60,676 bases of DNA, from the NCBI GenBank assembly GCA_034003145.1, contig JAVEZE010000001.1, positions 1 to 60,676 of the forward strand. The letters are read 5' to 3'. A program made the position numbers and the translations under genes. Within the stretch, counting starts at the first letter, position 1. Each line of letters begins with the position of its first letter. Below are positions 16,804 through 26,211 of the stretch, piece after piece. Under the pieces are notes generated by a model. It had not been told where the DNA came from and ran no database searches. It saw only the letters and a list, made by a program, of their open reading frames with translations. The stretch comes from Spirochaetia bacterium (lineage in GTDB: Bacteria > Spirochaetota > Spirochaetia > CADAEX01).

Positions 16804-18291
16804 TCATTTATCTGCAAGATATTTGTTTATACTTTCAGCAGCTTTCCTGCCCTCTCCCATTGCCAGGATAACAGTCGCAGCTCCACGGACAATATCGCCG
16901 CCTGCCCATACCTTTTTCAGGCTGGTCCTCTGCTGCTCATCAACAATAATATTCCCCCGCAGCGTAACATCAAGCCCTTCAGTGGTTTGCGCCATCAGGG
17001 GATTTGAATCATTACCCAAAGCAATGATCATCGCATCAATCGGAATTTCGTGCTCAGTCCCCGGAATTGCGACAGGACTTCGCCTGCCTGAAGAATCCAC
17101 ATCTCCAAGTTTATAATCAAGTACCTCAACCGCGCGGACCTGTCCTTTGTCGTCAGAGAGAATTTGAGTGGGATTTTGTAGAAAGAAAAACTCAACACCT
17201 TCTTCCTCTGCGTGCACTACCTCTTCAGCTCTCGCAGGCATCTCATCGCGTGTACGGCGGTAGATACAATAGACCTTGTCAGCCCCCAGGCGCAAAGCCA
17301 TACGGCATGCATCCATTGCGACATTTCCCCCGCCGACAACCGCGACAACCTTCGCAGGATACAATGGAGTGGCGGCTCTATCAGTATCATAGGCTTTCAT
17401 CAAATTGGCCCGGGTCAAATACTCATTCGCGCTAAAAACTCCAACCAGATTCTCGCCTGGAATATTCATGAATTTGGGATGACCCGCGCCTGTGCCGATA
17501 AAAACCGCGTCATAACCCTCACGGTCAAGCAAATCAAACAAAGACTCAGTGCGGCCGACAAGAAAATTGGTACGGAACTGAACTCCCATCTCTTTTAAAA
17601 CCTCAACTTCCTTGGCAACAATAGCTTTGGGTAAGCGGAACTCAGGAATTCCATATACCAGAACTCCGCCAGTCTTGTGGAATGCCTCAAAAACCGTAAC
17701 ATCATGCCCTTCTCGGCGGATATCTGCAGCAACAGTCAAACCGGCAGGCCCTGAGCCCACAACCGCAACCTTCTTTCCTGTAGGAGGCGCGACAGGAGGA
17801 GGGGTGATCATATCATTCTCCCTCTCCCAATCAGCTACAAACCGCTCAAGCCGCCCGATCGCCACTGCCTTATCTATAGATTTCAAAGATTTCCCCAGGG
17901 TACATGTACTTTGGCACTGCTTCTCCTGCGGGCACACCCGTCCGCAGATTGCGGGGAGCAGATTGGTAATCTTTATTGTCGCAACTGCTTTGGCATAATC
18001 GCCGTCCTGGATACAGGCAATAAACTCAGGGATAGGTACGCCGACAGGACAAGCTGCCACGCAGGGCCTGTTTTTGCACCCCAGACAGCGGGCAGCCTCA
18101 AGCTTTGCCTGCTCCTCCGAATAGCCGAGAGTCACCTCACTCATCTGCCGTGAGCGAATCAAGGGATCCCCGGCTGCCATCTCCTGCACCGGGATAGCCA
18201 TTCTCTCTTTCGGTTTCAGGTCTTTATTTTTCAAACCTGCCCACAGCTTCCTGGCCCCGGCATACAAAACATCCTTATCCACGTGACTCAT
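16804..18291 (-). CDS. nfnB: NfnB/SudA/GltD-type NAD(P)H oxidoreductase large subunit (Fe-S flavoprotein)
   Basis: Cys clusters CLGCKNRPCVAACP and CGRVCPQEKQCQSTC. Two dinucleotide folds, VVGSGPAG and VVGGGNVAMD. Overlaps nfnA by 4 nt. Confidence 0.8.
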   Translation of the reverse strand: MSHVDKDVLYAGARKLWAGLKNKDLKPKERMAIPVQEMAAGDPLIRSRQMSEVTLGYSEEQAKLEAARCLGCKNRPCVAACPVGVPIPEFIACIQDGDYAKAVATIKITNLLPAICGRVCPQEKQCQSTCTLGKSLKSIDKAVAIGRLERFVADWERENDMITPPPVAPPTGKKVAVVGSGPAGLTVAADIRREGHDVTVFEAFHKTGGVLVYGIPEFRLPKAIVAKEVEVLKEMGVQFRTNFLVGRTESLFDLLDREGYDAVFIGTGAGHPKFMNIPGENLVGVFSANEYLTRANLMKAYDTDRAATPLYPAKVVAVVGGGNVAMDACRMALRLGADKVYCIYRRTRDEMPARAEEVVHAEEEGVEFFFLQNPTQILSDDKGQVRAVEVLDYKLGDVDSSGRRSPVAIPGTEHEIPIDAMIIALGNDSNPLMAQTTEGLDVTLRGNIIVDEQQRTSLKKVWAGGDIVRGAATVILAMGEGRKAAESINKYLADK

Positions 18292-19175
18292 CGATTCCCC
18301 CCGGAAACTTTCAACTTATCGGATTCTTTAAGCGCATCAGCTGCCATTTCCATATGACACTTGTGATGATCCGCATCTTCCTGGCTCTTATACGCTTTCA
18401 AGCGGAGCATCATGTTATCCCAGTCAACCAGATGGCCGTCAAACTCAGGCCCGTCAACACAGACAAACTTTGTCTCATTGCCGACAGTTACCCGGCAGCC
18501 GCCGCACATACCTGTCCCGTCAATCATAATAGTATTTAAAGAAACCACTGTATGAATATTAAACGGCTTTGTTGTAAGCGTGCAAAATTTCATCATAATT
18601 GGAGGGCCGATAGCAACCACCTCAGATGGAGGGTTCTCACTCTCGCAAAATTCCTTCAAAGGCTCTGTGACCAAACCTTTTCTCCCATATGAGCCGTCAT
18701 CAGTAACCACAATTACCTCATCGCACACTTCCCTCATCTCATCCTCAAAAATAATCAGATCTTTTGTGCGGGCGCCAATAATAGCTGTAACAATATTGCC
18801 TGCAGCCTTATGGGCTTTTACAATCGGATAAAGGGGGGCAACTCCAATACCTCCGCCAACGCAGACTACAAAACCACTCTTCTCAATAAGAGTCGGCCTG
18901 CCAAGCGGCCCCAGAATCGCCTCAATCTTCTCCCCGGGATTTTTCAGGGCAAGCTTATGGGTAGTCGCTCCAACTGTTTGAAATACAAGGGCAATCCATC
19001 CCTCTTCCGGATTCGCATCCGCAATGGTAAGCGGAATCCGCTCTCCAAATTCTATGTCAATTTGAACCAGCACAAACTGGCCGGCCTTCCTGTTTCGGGC
19101 AATTTCCGGAGCCATAACACGAAGGTAAAAAACCTCATCTGAAAATTGCTTCTTTTCAAGAATTTTGTGCATCAC
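18288..19175 (-). CDS. nfnA: NfnA/SudB/PyrK-type ferredoxin-NADP reductase-like small subunit
   Basis: 295-aa FAD/NAD(P)-binding fold with the C-terminal 2Fe-2S motif GMCGGCRV...FVCVDGP. Confidence 0.8.
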   Translation of the reverse strand: MMHKILEKKQFSDEVFYLRVMAPEIARNRKAGQFVLVQIDIEFGERIPLTIADANPEEGWIALVFQTVGATTHKLALKNPGEKIEAILGPLGRPTLIEKSGFVVCVGGGIGVAPLYPIVKAHKAAGNIVTAIIGARTKDLIIFEDEMREVCDEVIVVTDDGSYGRKGLVTEPLKEFCESENPPSEVVAIGPPIMMKFCTLTTKPFNIHTVVSLNTIMIDGTGMCGGCRVTVGNETKFVCVDGPEFDGHLVDWDNMMLRLKAYKSQEDADHHKCHMEMAADALKESDKLKVSGGNR

Positions 19176-19312
19176 ATTCCCCTTTGACTTTTATAATATC
19201 TAAATATCTGTAACACTACAATGCTTATGCATAATTATGCAATTGTCATACATAAAAGAGGAAGCAGGCAATTAAATCATTCACATAAGACAAGTGATGT
19301 TTTGATAGTTTA

Positions 19313-20293
19313 TTATAAAACCAAAACCGCCGGATTGGCAACGTTTTCCATCTCCTCTCCGTTAAAAAACCTTACAACCCGTTTTACCCCTTCCATAGCC
19401 ATCCGGAGAGTGCATTCAACAGTAAGGGCTGCGGTATGGGGGGAGAGAATAACATTATCCAGTTTAAGCAGGCCGCTTTCCATTTCAATCGGCTCATTTT
19501 CAAATACATCAAGTCCGGCGCCTGCCATTATTTTCTCTTCCAGCGCCTTAACCAGATCTTTTTCATTTATTATTCCTCCCCTTGATGTATTTATCAGGAA
19601 AGCGGTTTTTTTCATTTTTTTCATTTTGCTGAAATCAAAAAGATCTTTTGTCTCTTTTGTCAGAGGCACATGGATTGAGATATAATCAGATTTTTCGATC
19701 AGGGTATCAAGATCAGTAAACCTGACCCAGTCAGAGAAAGAATCCTTTGCTTGAGGAGGAAGAAAATCATCATTCGCGATTATATTCATAGCGAAACTGT
19801 CGCGGCATATTCTGGCAAGTCCTGATCCTATTCTTCCAAAACCGACAAGGCCGAGTGTTTTATCCCTTACATCTGAAGAGAGGCTCTGATACCTAACCTT
19901 AAAATTACCCTTTCGCACCTCAGAATCAATTTTTATTATATTTTTCGAAAGAGAGAGGATAAACATGAGAGCATGCTCAATCACGCTTGTTGTATTTGCC
20001 CCGAGGCTTGATGTGACAACTATACCAGCTTCAGTTGCCGCCTCAAGATCCACGTTATCCACTCCAGCGCCAGTCCTGCTGATGGTTTTAAGTTTTTTTC
20101 CCTTTTCAATAAGATCACGTGTAATTTTGATTCCTGTCCTTAGAACCACAGCCTCAGCATCAGCGATCTTTTCCGCGACTTCTGAATGTTCGCATTTTGA
20201 ACAAACAACAACTTCGCAGTTGTTTTCAAGAAGATAATCATGCGCTTCCTTTTCAATAGGCTGAGGAAGCAGAACCTTGTGTTTCCCGCTCAT
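19313..20293 (-). CDS. D-isomer-specific 2-hydroxyacid dehydrogenase (PGDH/GyaR-like)
   Basis: NAD fold GLVGFGRIGSGLA, followed by HVPLTKET, NTSRGG, LDVFENEP and SPHTAA. Confidence 0.85.
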   Translation of the reverse strand: MSGKHKVLLPQPIEKEAHDYLLENNCEVVVCSKCEHSEVAEKIADAEAVVLRTGIKITRDLIEKGKKLKTISRTGAGVDNVDLEAATEAGIVVTSSLGANTTSVIEHALMFILSLSKNIIKIDSEVRKGNFKVRYQSLSSDVRDKTLGLVGFGRIGSGLARICRDSFAMNIIANDDFLPPQAKDSFSDWVRFTDLDTLIEKSDYISIHVPLTKETKDLFDFSKMKKMKKTAFLINTSRGGIINEKDLVKALEEKIMAGAGLDVFENEPIEMESGLLKLDNVILSPHTAALTVECTLRMAMEGVKRVVRFFNGEEMENVANPAVLVL

Positions 20294-20318
20294 TTATTTG
20301 ACTCCAATATTAACTTTA

Positions 20319-21089
20319 TCACCTTAGGTATCTGCCTCCGCTGACATCAAGTGTGATTCCTGTTATGTATGATGCCTCATCAGACGCGAGAAAAACAACA
20401 GCTGATGCAATTTCACCAGGTGTGCTTAACCTTCTTAACGGGATATTTTTAAGCGTTCTTTCCTGCTCTTCCTTCCCCTTGTCATCCCAGAGCCCTTTTA
20501 CCCGCTCCCCTGTCATTGTGATAGTAGGGGCAACCCCGGTTACCCGTATTCCTTTTTCACCCCAGTCATAGGCAAGCTGCCTGGTAAGACCCTCAACTCC
20601 CGCCTTGGCGGCAGTATACTGTACTCCGGCAAGGCTTGCCCTGTAGTGTGCCGCAAGAGCTGAAATATTGACGATTGAGCCGCCTCCCTGCTCTGCCATT
20701 ATATTTATGGCTTTTCTGCAGCAGAAAAACGCCCCTTTAAGGTTTACATCAAGAACAAGGTTCCAGTGTTTATCCTCAATCTCATTTAATTTATAAGGGG
20801 TGTTAAGCGCGCCTCCAGCGTTATTTACCAGTATATCAAGTTTTCCGTATTTATTTTTAACCGCGTCAAAAACCTCTCCTACCTGCGCATCAACTGTAAC
20901 GTTCATGCTGTAGCCGTCTGCGGTAAATCCTTCCGATTCAAGAGCGGCAACAGTTTTTTCAACCTGCTCGCTGTTAATATCTGTTATTATTATTATGGCG
21001 CCTTCATTGCCAAGTGCTTTCGCGATGGCAAGTCCCATTCCCTGCGCCGACCCGGTAACAATGGCAACTCTTCCCTCAAGTCTTTTCAT
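20319..21089 (-). CDS. SDR-family oxidoreductase
   Basis: TGSAQGMGLA (TGxxxGxG), NNAG and YTAAK (YxxxK). I trimmed the start to the ATG at 21089 (MKRLEG), which follows a GGAG RBS. The 33 upstream codons in the ORF track look non-coding. Confidence 0.85.
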   Translation of the reverse strand: MKRLEGRVAIVTGSAQGMGLAIAKALGNEGAIIIITDINSEQVEKTVAALESEGFTADGYSMNVTVDAQVGEVFDAVKNKYGKLDILVNNAGGALNTPYKLNEIEDKHWNLVLDVNLKGAFFCCRKAINIMAEQGGGSIVNISALAAHYRASLAGVQYTAAKAGVEGLTRQLAYDWGEKGIRVTGVAPTITMTGERVKGLWDDKGKEEQERTLKNIPLRRLSTPGEIASAVVFLASDEASYITGITLDVSGGRYLR

Positions 21090-21229
21090 GGTTTCTCCTA
21101 CAGGATTTATCTTTATGATATTCCAGGTGTGTATCCGGTCTGGCCCTGATGCGCACCTTACAGTAAGATACCCCGAACCTTGCGGCACGGGGCATCTGTA
21201 TTAACATTTAATTACAAAAACCCCGATAA

Positions 21230-22108
21230 CTACGCGCGGTTATTGAAAGCTCTTTTTTCTTCAGGAACCTTAATGTCGAATTTTTTGATTTCCTCGATAA
21301 GAGCAGCAAGAAGTTCGCCGCCTCTCTTGAGGATTTTCTCTCCCTTCTCTTTTGAGGCGCGCAAGGGATTTCCGATTGTTGCAGTATCAGAATATTCATG
21401 GTGTTCCATCGGTACCCACATGCATTCATCGCCCCTGAATGTCACGAATCCTGAACCGTCATGTTTTGTGAACTCCTTTGTCATCCATTTCGGCGCGTGT
21501 GTTCTGTCTTCCTTGGCAAGTTCCATGGCAACAGACTCAGGTTTATACGCCCATGCTGTTGATGTCTCAAGCTCGCCTGCGTGCCAGCCCGGTGTTTCCT
21601 CAGGTGTTCCCTCAAGGATATCTGCGATAAACCTGTAATTCCTTTCTGTCGGGGTTTTAAACCATCCTACAAAACATCCGGTTTCATACCTTATTTTTCT
21701 AAGTACATCATCGATAACTTTTGAGTTGCTTCCATGGTGTGTAACAAATATAAGTTTGTTGTAACCGTGGTATATAAGGCTTTTGGCAAGATCATAAACT
21801 ACTCTTCTGTATGTATCGCCTGAAAAGGTAAGTGTTCCTGTTCCCTCTCCCTCTCTTCCCATATGGTGGGGAGAATATCCTACCGGCATTAAAGGTGTGT
21901 AAAGGGTATCTGTTAATTTAGCAGCTTCTTCAATAACACCCATAGCTGTAAAACTGTCTGTTCCAAGCGGACAATGCGCTCCGTGTTTTTCGATAGATCC
22001 CATGCTTACGATAATTGTATCGTTTTTCTTGAGATGCTCCCGTACATCTGTATATCCCAGATCCAGGATATTCAGGCTTTTTCCTCTTTTCATTCCATCT
22101 GATGACAT
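21230..22108 (-). CDS. creatininase-superfamily metal-dependent hydrolase (copy 1)
   Basis: GSIEKHGAHCPLGTDS, THHGSN and GELETS fit the creatininase-fold metal-ligand pattern. GGAGG RBS 7 nt upstream. Confidence 0.75.
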   Translation of the reverse strand: MSSDGMKRGKSLNILDLGYTDVREHLKKNDTIIVSMGSIEKHGAHCPLGTDSFTAMGVIEEAAKLTDTLYTPLMPVGYSPHHMGREGEGTGTLTFSGDTYRRVVYDLAKSLIYHGYNKLIFVTHHGSNSKVIDDVLRKIRYETGCFVGWFKTPTERNYRFIADILEGTPEETPGWHAGELETSTAWAYKPESVAMELAKEDRTHAPKWMTKEFTKHDGSGFVTFRGDECMWVPMEHHEYSDTATIGNPLRASKEKGEKILKRGGELLAALIEEIKKFDIKVPEEKRAFNNRA

Positions 22109-22136
22109 CTGTAAACCTCCATTGGTTAAATACTAT

Positions 22137-23033
22137 TTATTTCAAAAACCCGCTTTCCTTAAGGTCAGCTTCAAGTGTTTTTTTCTGTTCATCGGTAAGT
22201 CCTAAAAGAGGCTTCCTTGTCAGCCCCCCAGAGAACCCGGCAAGATCCATCGCGTATTTTACTCCCGCAACCCCGTAGGCCCCTGATACTTTTTTATTGA
22301 GATCAACAAGCTTTTTGTTAAGCTCTACCGCTTCAGCTTTTTTTCCTGAAACATAAAGGCTGTAAAGCTCGGCGCAGGAATCAGGAAAAACATTAGCGAG
22401 AGATAAAACCCCGCCTGTTCCCCCTTTATCAAGAAGATCAAGAAAGTATCCCGCGCTCCCTGCCATTACGGAAAAATCGCTGCTGTTAAATACCACGTTT
22501 TCAGGCCATGTCTCCTTGCTCGAATCCTTGATTCCCGCGACATTGGCATGCTGTGATACCACCTTGATAACAGCCGGCCTTATTGTGACTCCCGCTGCCA
22601 CTGAAGGATTGTTGTAAAGAACCACAGGTATTGGGGATGCGTCTGCCACATCCGTGATATGCCTTATCATCACTTCATCTGTAATTTTCTTCGCGAAAAA
22701 ATTGGGCATCAGAAGACTTACCATAACCGCGCCCATATCGGCGGCTTTTTTAGTAAGTCTGATTGTTTCCCTGGTGCTTTCGGCTCCGGTTCCTGCCATT
22801 ACAATTTTCCCCGGAGCAGCTTTTTTAATTGCGATAGAGAGTACCCTGAATCTTTCTTCTTCAGACATGGTTTTGAATTCTCCATTTGTTCCAAGGACAA
22901 AATACCCTTTAAGGCCTGAAGAGTTCATCAGTTCCACATTTTTTTCAAATCCGGCATAGTCTACTTCATCATTTTCAAATGGAGTACACATCGGGGAATA
23001 AACCCCGGAAAGCATTTCTTTAGCTTTGATCAT
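22137..23033 (-). CDS. DHDPS/N-acetylneuraminate-lyase family class I aldolase
   Basis: GYFVLGTNGEF and the Schiff-base lysine context AGIKDSS. I moved the start to the ATG at 23033, which follows AGGAGG. The track start at 23048 is a TTG. Confidence 0.8.
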   Translation of the reverse strand: MIKAKEMLSGVYSPMCTPFENDEVDYAGFEKNVELMNSSGLKGYFVLGTNGEFKTMSEEERFRVLSIAIKKAAPGKIVMAGTGAESTRETIRLTKKAADMGAVMVSLLMPNFFAKKITDEVMIRHITDVADASPIPVVLYNNPSVAAGVTIRPAVIKVVSQHANVAGIKDSSKETWPENVVFNSSDFSVMAGSAGYFLDLLDKGGTGGVLSLANVFPDSCAELYSLYVSGKKAEAVELNKKLVDLNKKVSGAYGVAGVKYAMDLAGFSGGLTRKPLLGLTDEQKKTLEADLKESGFLK

Positions 23034-23075
23034 TATTCCTCCTGGCAAATTATCCGCCTATAAGTTATAAGTTAA

Positions 23076-24329
23076 TCACTTTCCCTTTATAAAACTGAAA
23101 AGCTTATTGACTGCTATATCAATAAATTCACTGTCATTTATATGCATATCAAGTTCGTTATACGGAACATCTTTACGTAAATTCTTTTTAAGCGCCCCTA
23201 TAAATGCCGCGTTCCCTTCCGGGTCCCAATGCTCCCTCTCTATTGAATCAGGAAAGGAAAATCCCCTAAGCGGGATGTAAACATGCACCTTGCCTTTTGA
23301 AAGATTTATTTTTTGCGCAGTTATCTTCCCGACTTCGGTAAGCTCATCAGGTGTAAGTCTTACGAGAGTGAGAAAAGAGTTGTGTATAATGTGCTGCCTC
23401 TTTTTAAGCTCATCGCTTACTTCAGCATAAGGGCCCTGTACTGTATAGTTGATGCTGCCCGGCGCTATAACCTGGGGAAGCCCTGTCCTTGCCGCGCTTT
23501 CAAGCCGCCCTTCCCTTACCGAGCCGTGAAGCCCTCCGAAATAACGGTCGCCGATTTCATGAAGATTTATGTCAAGAACTCCCTTAAAAAGCCCTTCCTC
23601 TATCATTTCTTCCATCGCTATTCCGCCTGTGCCGTTCTGGTGAAACGCGACAAAATCATAATTCTCTTTTTCGATAAGTTCCTTGGCATAAAGGGCTCCC
23701 GGGGTTGTAGTGCCAAGCATACTGACAGCGATTGACCCTGCCCGCCCTGCGCCGCTTCGCCCTAAGCTTTGCCGTCTTGCCTTAACCATACCGCAGACTG
23801 CAGAAGCTGCATTGTCAAAAACACTTCTTGTGACTATATTAAGCCCTTGAATATCGCATACAGAATGCATCATTATAATGTCTTTTGTCCCGGTAAAAGG
23901 GCCGAAAGCCGCCTTTCCTGAGGCAACTGTTGATACCATGAATTTGGGAACTCCGAAAGGAAGCTCTCTCATCGCGGCTGTCCCAATATCTGTTCCTTGA
24001 GCTCCGCCTATTGAAAGAACTGCCGCTATTTTACCTTCGCTGTAAAGCCTCTTCGTGATTATCTTGATTCCCTTTGTAATCGACTTTATGCTGTAGCCTT
24101 TGTCTTTTTTTGCCTTAAGCTCGTCTATGGAAAGGGCGCAGCCTGCCTTGACAATCTCTTCCCCCCTGATGTCTTCTTTTCCCATGATGTCAGTTTTCCC
24201 GGCAAGAGAAAGGAATACTCCGGTGTTAGCAAGTATTACTTTTTCCCCGTGGCTTTCGATCCGGGCCTTTACATAGGAGGCTTCTTCTGATTTTGTATCA
24301 AGTGTTGCGATAAGTAAAACAGAGGACAT
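23076..24329 (-). CDS. UPF0261 / Tm-1-like ATP-binding domain protein
   Basis: 417 aa with N-terminal LLIATLDTKSEEASYVKARIE, characteristic of the UPF0261 family. No PEP-hydrolase-like TIM-barrel partner lies next to it. Confidence 0.7.
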   Translation of the reverse strand: MSSVLLIATLDTKSEEASYVKARIESHGEKVILANTGVFLSLAGKTDIMGKEDIRGEEIVKAGCALSIDELKAKKDKGYSIKSITKGIKIITKRLYSEGKIAAVLSIGGAQGTDIGTAAMRELPFGVPKFMVSTVASGKAAFGPFTGTKDIIMMHSVCDIQGLNIVTRSVFDNAASAVCGMVKARRQSLGRSGAGRAGSIAVSMLGTTTPGALYAKELIEKENYDFVAFHQNGTGGIAMEEMIEEGLFKGVLDINLHEIGDRYFGGLHGSVREGRLESAARTGLPQVIAPGSINYTVQGPYAEVSDELKKRQHIIHNSFLTLVRLTPDELTEVGKITAQKINLSKGKVHVYIPLRGFSFPDSIEREHWDPEGNAAFIGALKKNLRKDVPYNELDMHINDSEFIDIAVNKLFSFIKGK

Positions 24330-24334
24330 TACAC

Positions 24335-25411
24335 CTACTCCTGGGGCTTTGAAATAACTTTTATCGCGCCGTCAATCCTGTTGTTGAATGTATCAAATGC
24401 CTCATTTATTTTAGCAATCGGGAATGTATGGGTAATAAGCGGCTTAAGATCAACAATCCCTTTATTTAAAAAAGTCGCTGCCCGTCCAACGTTTGCCCAT
24501 CCTTCGCCCCTTACAGTAAAAATATGCTTATTGTTAAGGGCAAGATCCTCAAAATCGGCAGGAAACGGTTTATGAGGGAAAGCAAGAAGGAGAATTTTTC
24601 CCATTCTTTTTGCTGATTTTATTGAAAGCCCAAGCCCTGCCTCAGAACCGGAAGCCTCTATCGCGAGGTCACACCCTTTACCGCCTGTTTCCTTCATTAT
24701 TATTTCAAGAGGATCCTGCTTTTTGGTATTGATGATAATATCGGCACCTGTCTTTTCAGCAATCTGCAGCCTTGAGTCTCTTGTGCCAAGCAGTATTATC
24801 TTTCCCGCGCCAAGAGCTCTTGCAGCCTGAACCGCGTTTAGACCCAGAGGTCCCGGGCCGATTATCACAATTGTGTCGCCTGCTATAAATCCGCCGATTG
24901 TCTCAAATCCGTATAATACGCATCCCAGGTTTGTCGCGAGGGATGCCTCATCAAAAGATACTTTGTCCGCTATTTTGTGAACTGTATTTATATGGTTTAT
25001 AACATACTGGGCATTGCCGCCGTTAGTGGTAAAACCGTTTGCCCTGTGCCCTTTGGCGGTATCACCGTAATTAAGGCATCCTGTGTAGTTTCCAAGGCGG
25101 CAATTCCTGCACCTGCCGCATCCGTTATGCGCCTCTACTGTTACCCGGTCGCCCACTGCGAACTCGTCAACCGTCTCACCAAGGGCAGCGACTGTTCCGG
25201 AATACTCATGTCCTATTATAAAATCCCCGTAGGGAGGCTGGCCCGGAAAAGGTTTGTGGATAAGCCCTGTATCAGAGCCGCACAATGCGCAGGACTCGAC
25301 TTTAATAAGTACATCTACCGGCCCAGGTGCCGGCACCTTCATCTCCTTGACTTCAAGTTTATCCGGCCCCATAAGGACAACAGCTTTCATAAATTCCGGA
25401 ATATTAGTCAT
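24335..25411 (-). CDS. MDR-family Zn-dependent dehydrogenase (sorbitol/threonine-DH-like)
   Basis: CGSD...GHEYSG, structural-Zn cluster GCGRCRNC and the GPGPLG fold. It is a clear paralog of the 41528-42598 product. Confidence 0.85.
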   Translation of the reverse strand: MTNIPEFMKAVVLMGPDKLEVKEMKVPAPGPVDVLIKVESCALCGSDTGLIHKPFPGQPPYGDFIIGHEYSGTVAALGETVDEFAVGDRVTVEAHNGCGRCRNCRLGNYTGCLNYGDTAKGHRANGFTTNGGNAQYVINHINTVHKIADKVSFDEASLATNLGCVLYGFETIGGFIAGDTIVIIGPGPLGLNAVQAARALGAGKIILLGTRDSRLQIAEKTGADIIINTKKQDPLEIIMKETGGKGCDLAIEASGSEAGLGLSIKSAKRMGKILLLAFPHKPFPADFEDLALNNKHIFTVRGEGWANVGRAATFLNKGIVDLKPLITHTFPIAKINEAFDTFNNRIDGAIKVISKPQE

Positions 25412-25417
25412 CAGATG

Positions 25418-26119
25418 TTATTCTCCTTCAATTATAATCTTGAACTCGTTTTCAACATCCACTATGTGATCATACATGTATGAAAAAGCCAGATGTTCAT
25501 CCCCAATGCTGATTGCCTTGAAAATCTTTTCATGAAAATCAAGTGATTTAGGCATTATATTGCTATACCTTTCAATCAGGACTACTGCCTGATTTTTCTT
25601 CATAAGATCCTTGAAGCTTTTAATAAAAGTCTCAAGAATTGTATTGCCTGAAGCTTCAAAAACAAGATCATGAAAACGGCTGTCATGAAGTATGAAATCA
25701 TCAACATTTCCTGCGCCGTTTTTCATCTCATCAAGCTCAAGCTCAAGCTTCTCAACCAAATCTTTATCAGCGCGCCTGGCGGCAAACCCTGCCAATGCCG
25801 GCTCTATAACTTTCCTTACTTCAATAATTTCAATTATATCCCTGTATTCATCAAGTTTGATTTCTACATCAGGTTTTAACTTTCCTTCTGTTACAAAGGT
25901 CCCGTTCCTTTTCCTTTCAACAAGTCCCATATGTATCAGAACTTTAAGTGCTTCACGCACAGTTCCCCGTCCGACACCCATGCTTTCTGCGAGTGACTCC
26001 TCCGCAGGCAGCCTTTGCCCTGTTTTAAGTCTTCTGCTTAAAATTTCGTTTTTGAGATATTCAACAATCTCTTCTGACATACTCACGCGGTCAATTTTTT
26101 TAAAATCCATACCTGTCAC
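25418..26119 (-). CDS. GntR-family transcriptional regulator, FadR subfamily (wHTH + FCD domain)
   Basis: The N-terminus LPAEESLAESMGVGRGTVREALKVL is a GntR wHTH. The C-terminal all-helical region of about 150 aa is typical of FCD domains. Confidence 0.85.
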   Translation of the reverse strand: MTGMDFKKIDRVSMSEEIVEYLKNEILSRRLKTGQRLPAEESLAESMGVGRGTVREALKVLIHMGLVERKRNGTFVTEGKLKPDVEIKLDEYRDIIEIIEVRKVIEPALAGFAARRADKDLVEKLELELDEMKNGAGNVDDFILHDSRFHDLVFEASGNTILETFIKSFKDLMKKNQAVVLIERYSNIMPKSLDFHEKIFKAISIGDEHLAFSYMYDHIVDVENEFKIIIEGE

Positions 26120-26137
26120 CTTTTTTAAAAATTATGC

Positions 26138-26182
26138 TTTGTATGACAATACTACTGTACCATCATTTTACCTAATTGTCAA
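26138..26182 (-). promoter_or_regulatory. promoter TTGACA-17-TACAGT with the dyad operator ATTGTCATACAAA 3 nt downstream (GntR autoregulation site)
   Basis: Minus strand: -35 at 26177-26182, -10 at 26154-26159 (preceded by TGG), dyad at 26138-26150. Confidence 0.6.
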
Positions 26183-26211
26183 GCTGAATACAACATTCTC
26201 CCTGCCTGTTC

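Noticed and set aside
19242-19252. Counting this as a fourth site of the ATTGTA-N-TACAAT dyad
   Set aside because: Only the first half-site and the centre match, and the second arm is degenerate. It also lies upstream of the likely nfnA promoter rather than downstream of a -10 element. I kept it only as a note in the nfnAB finding.
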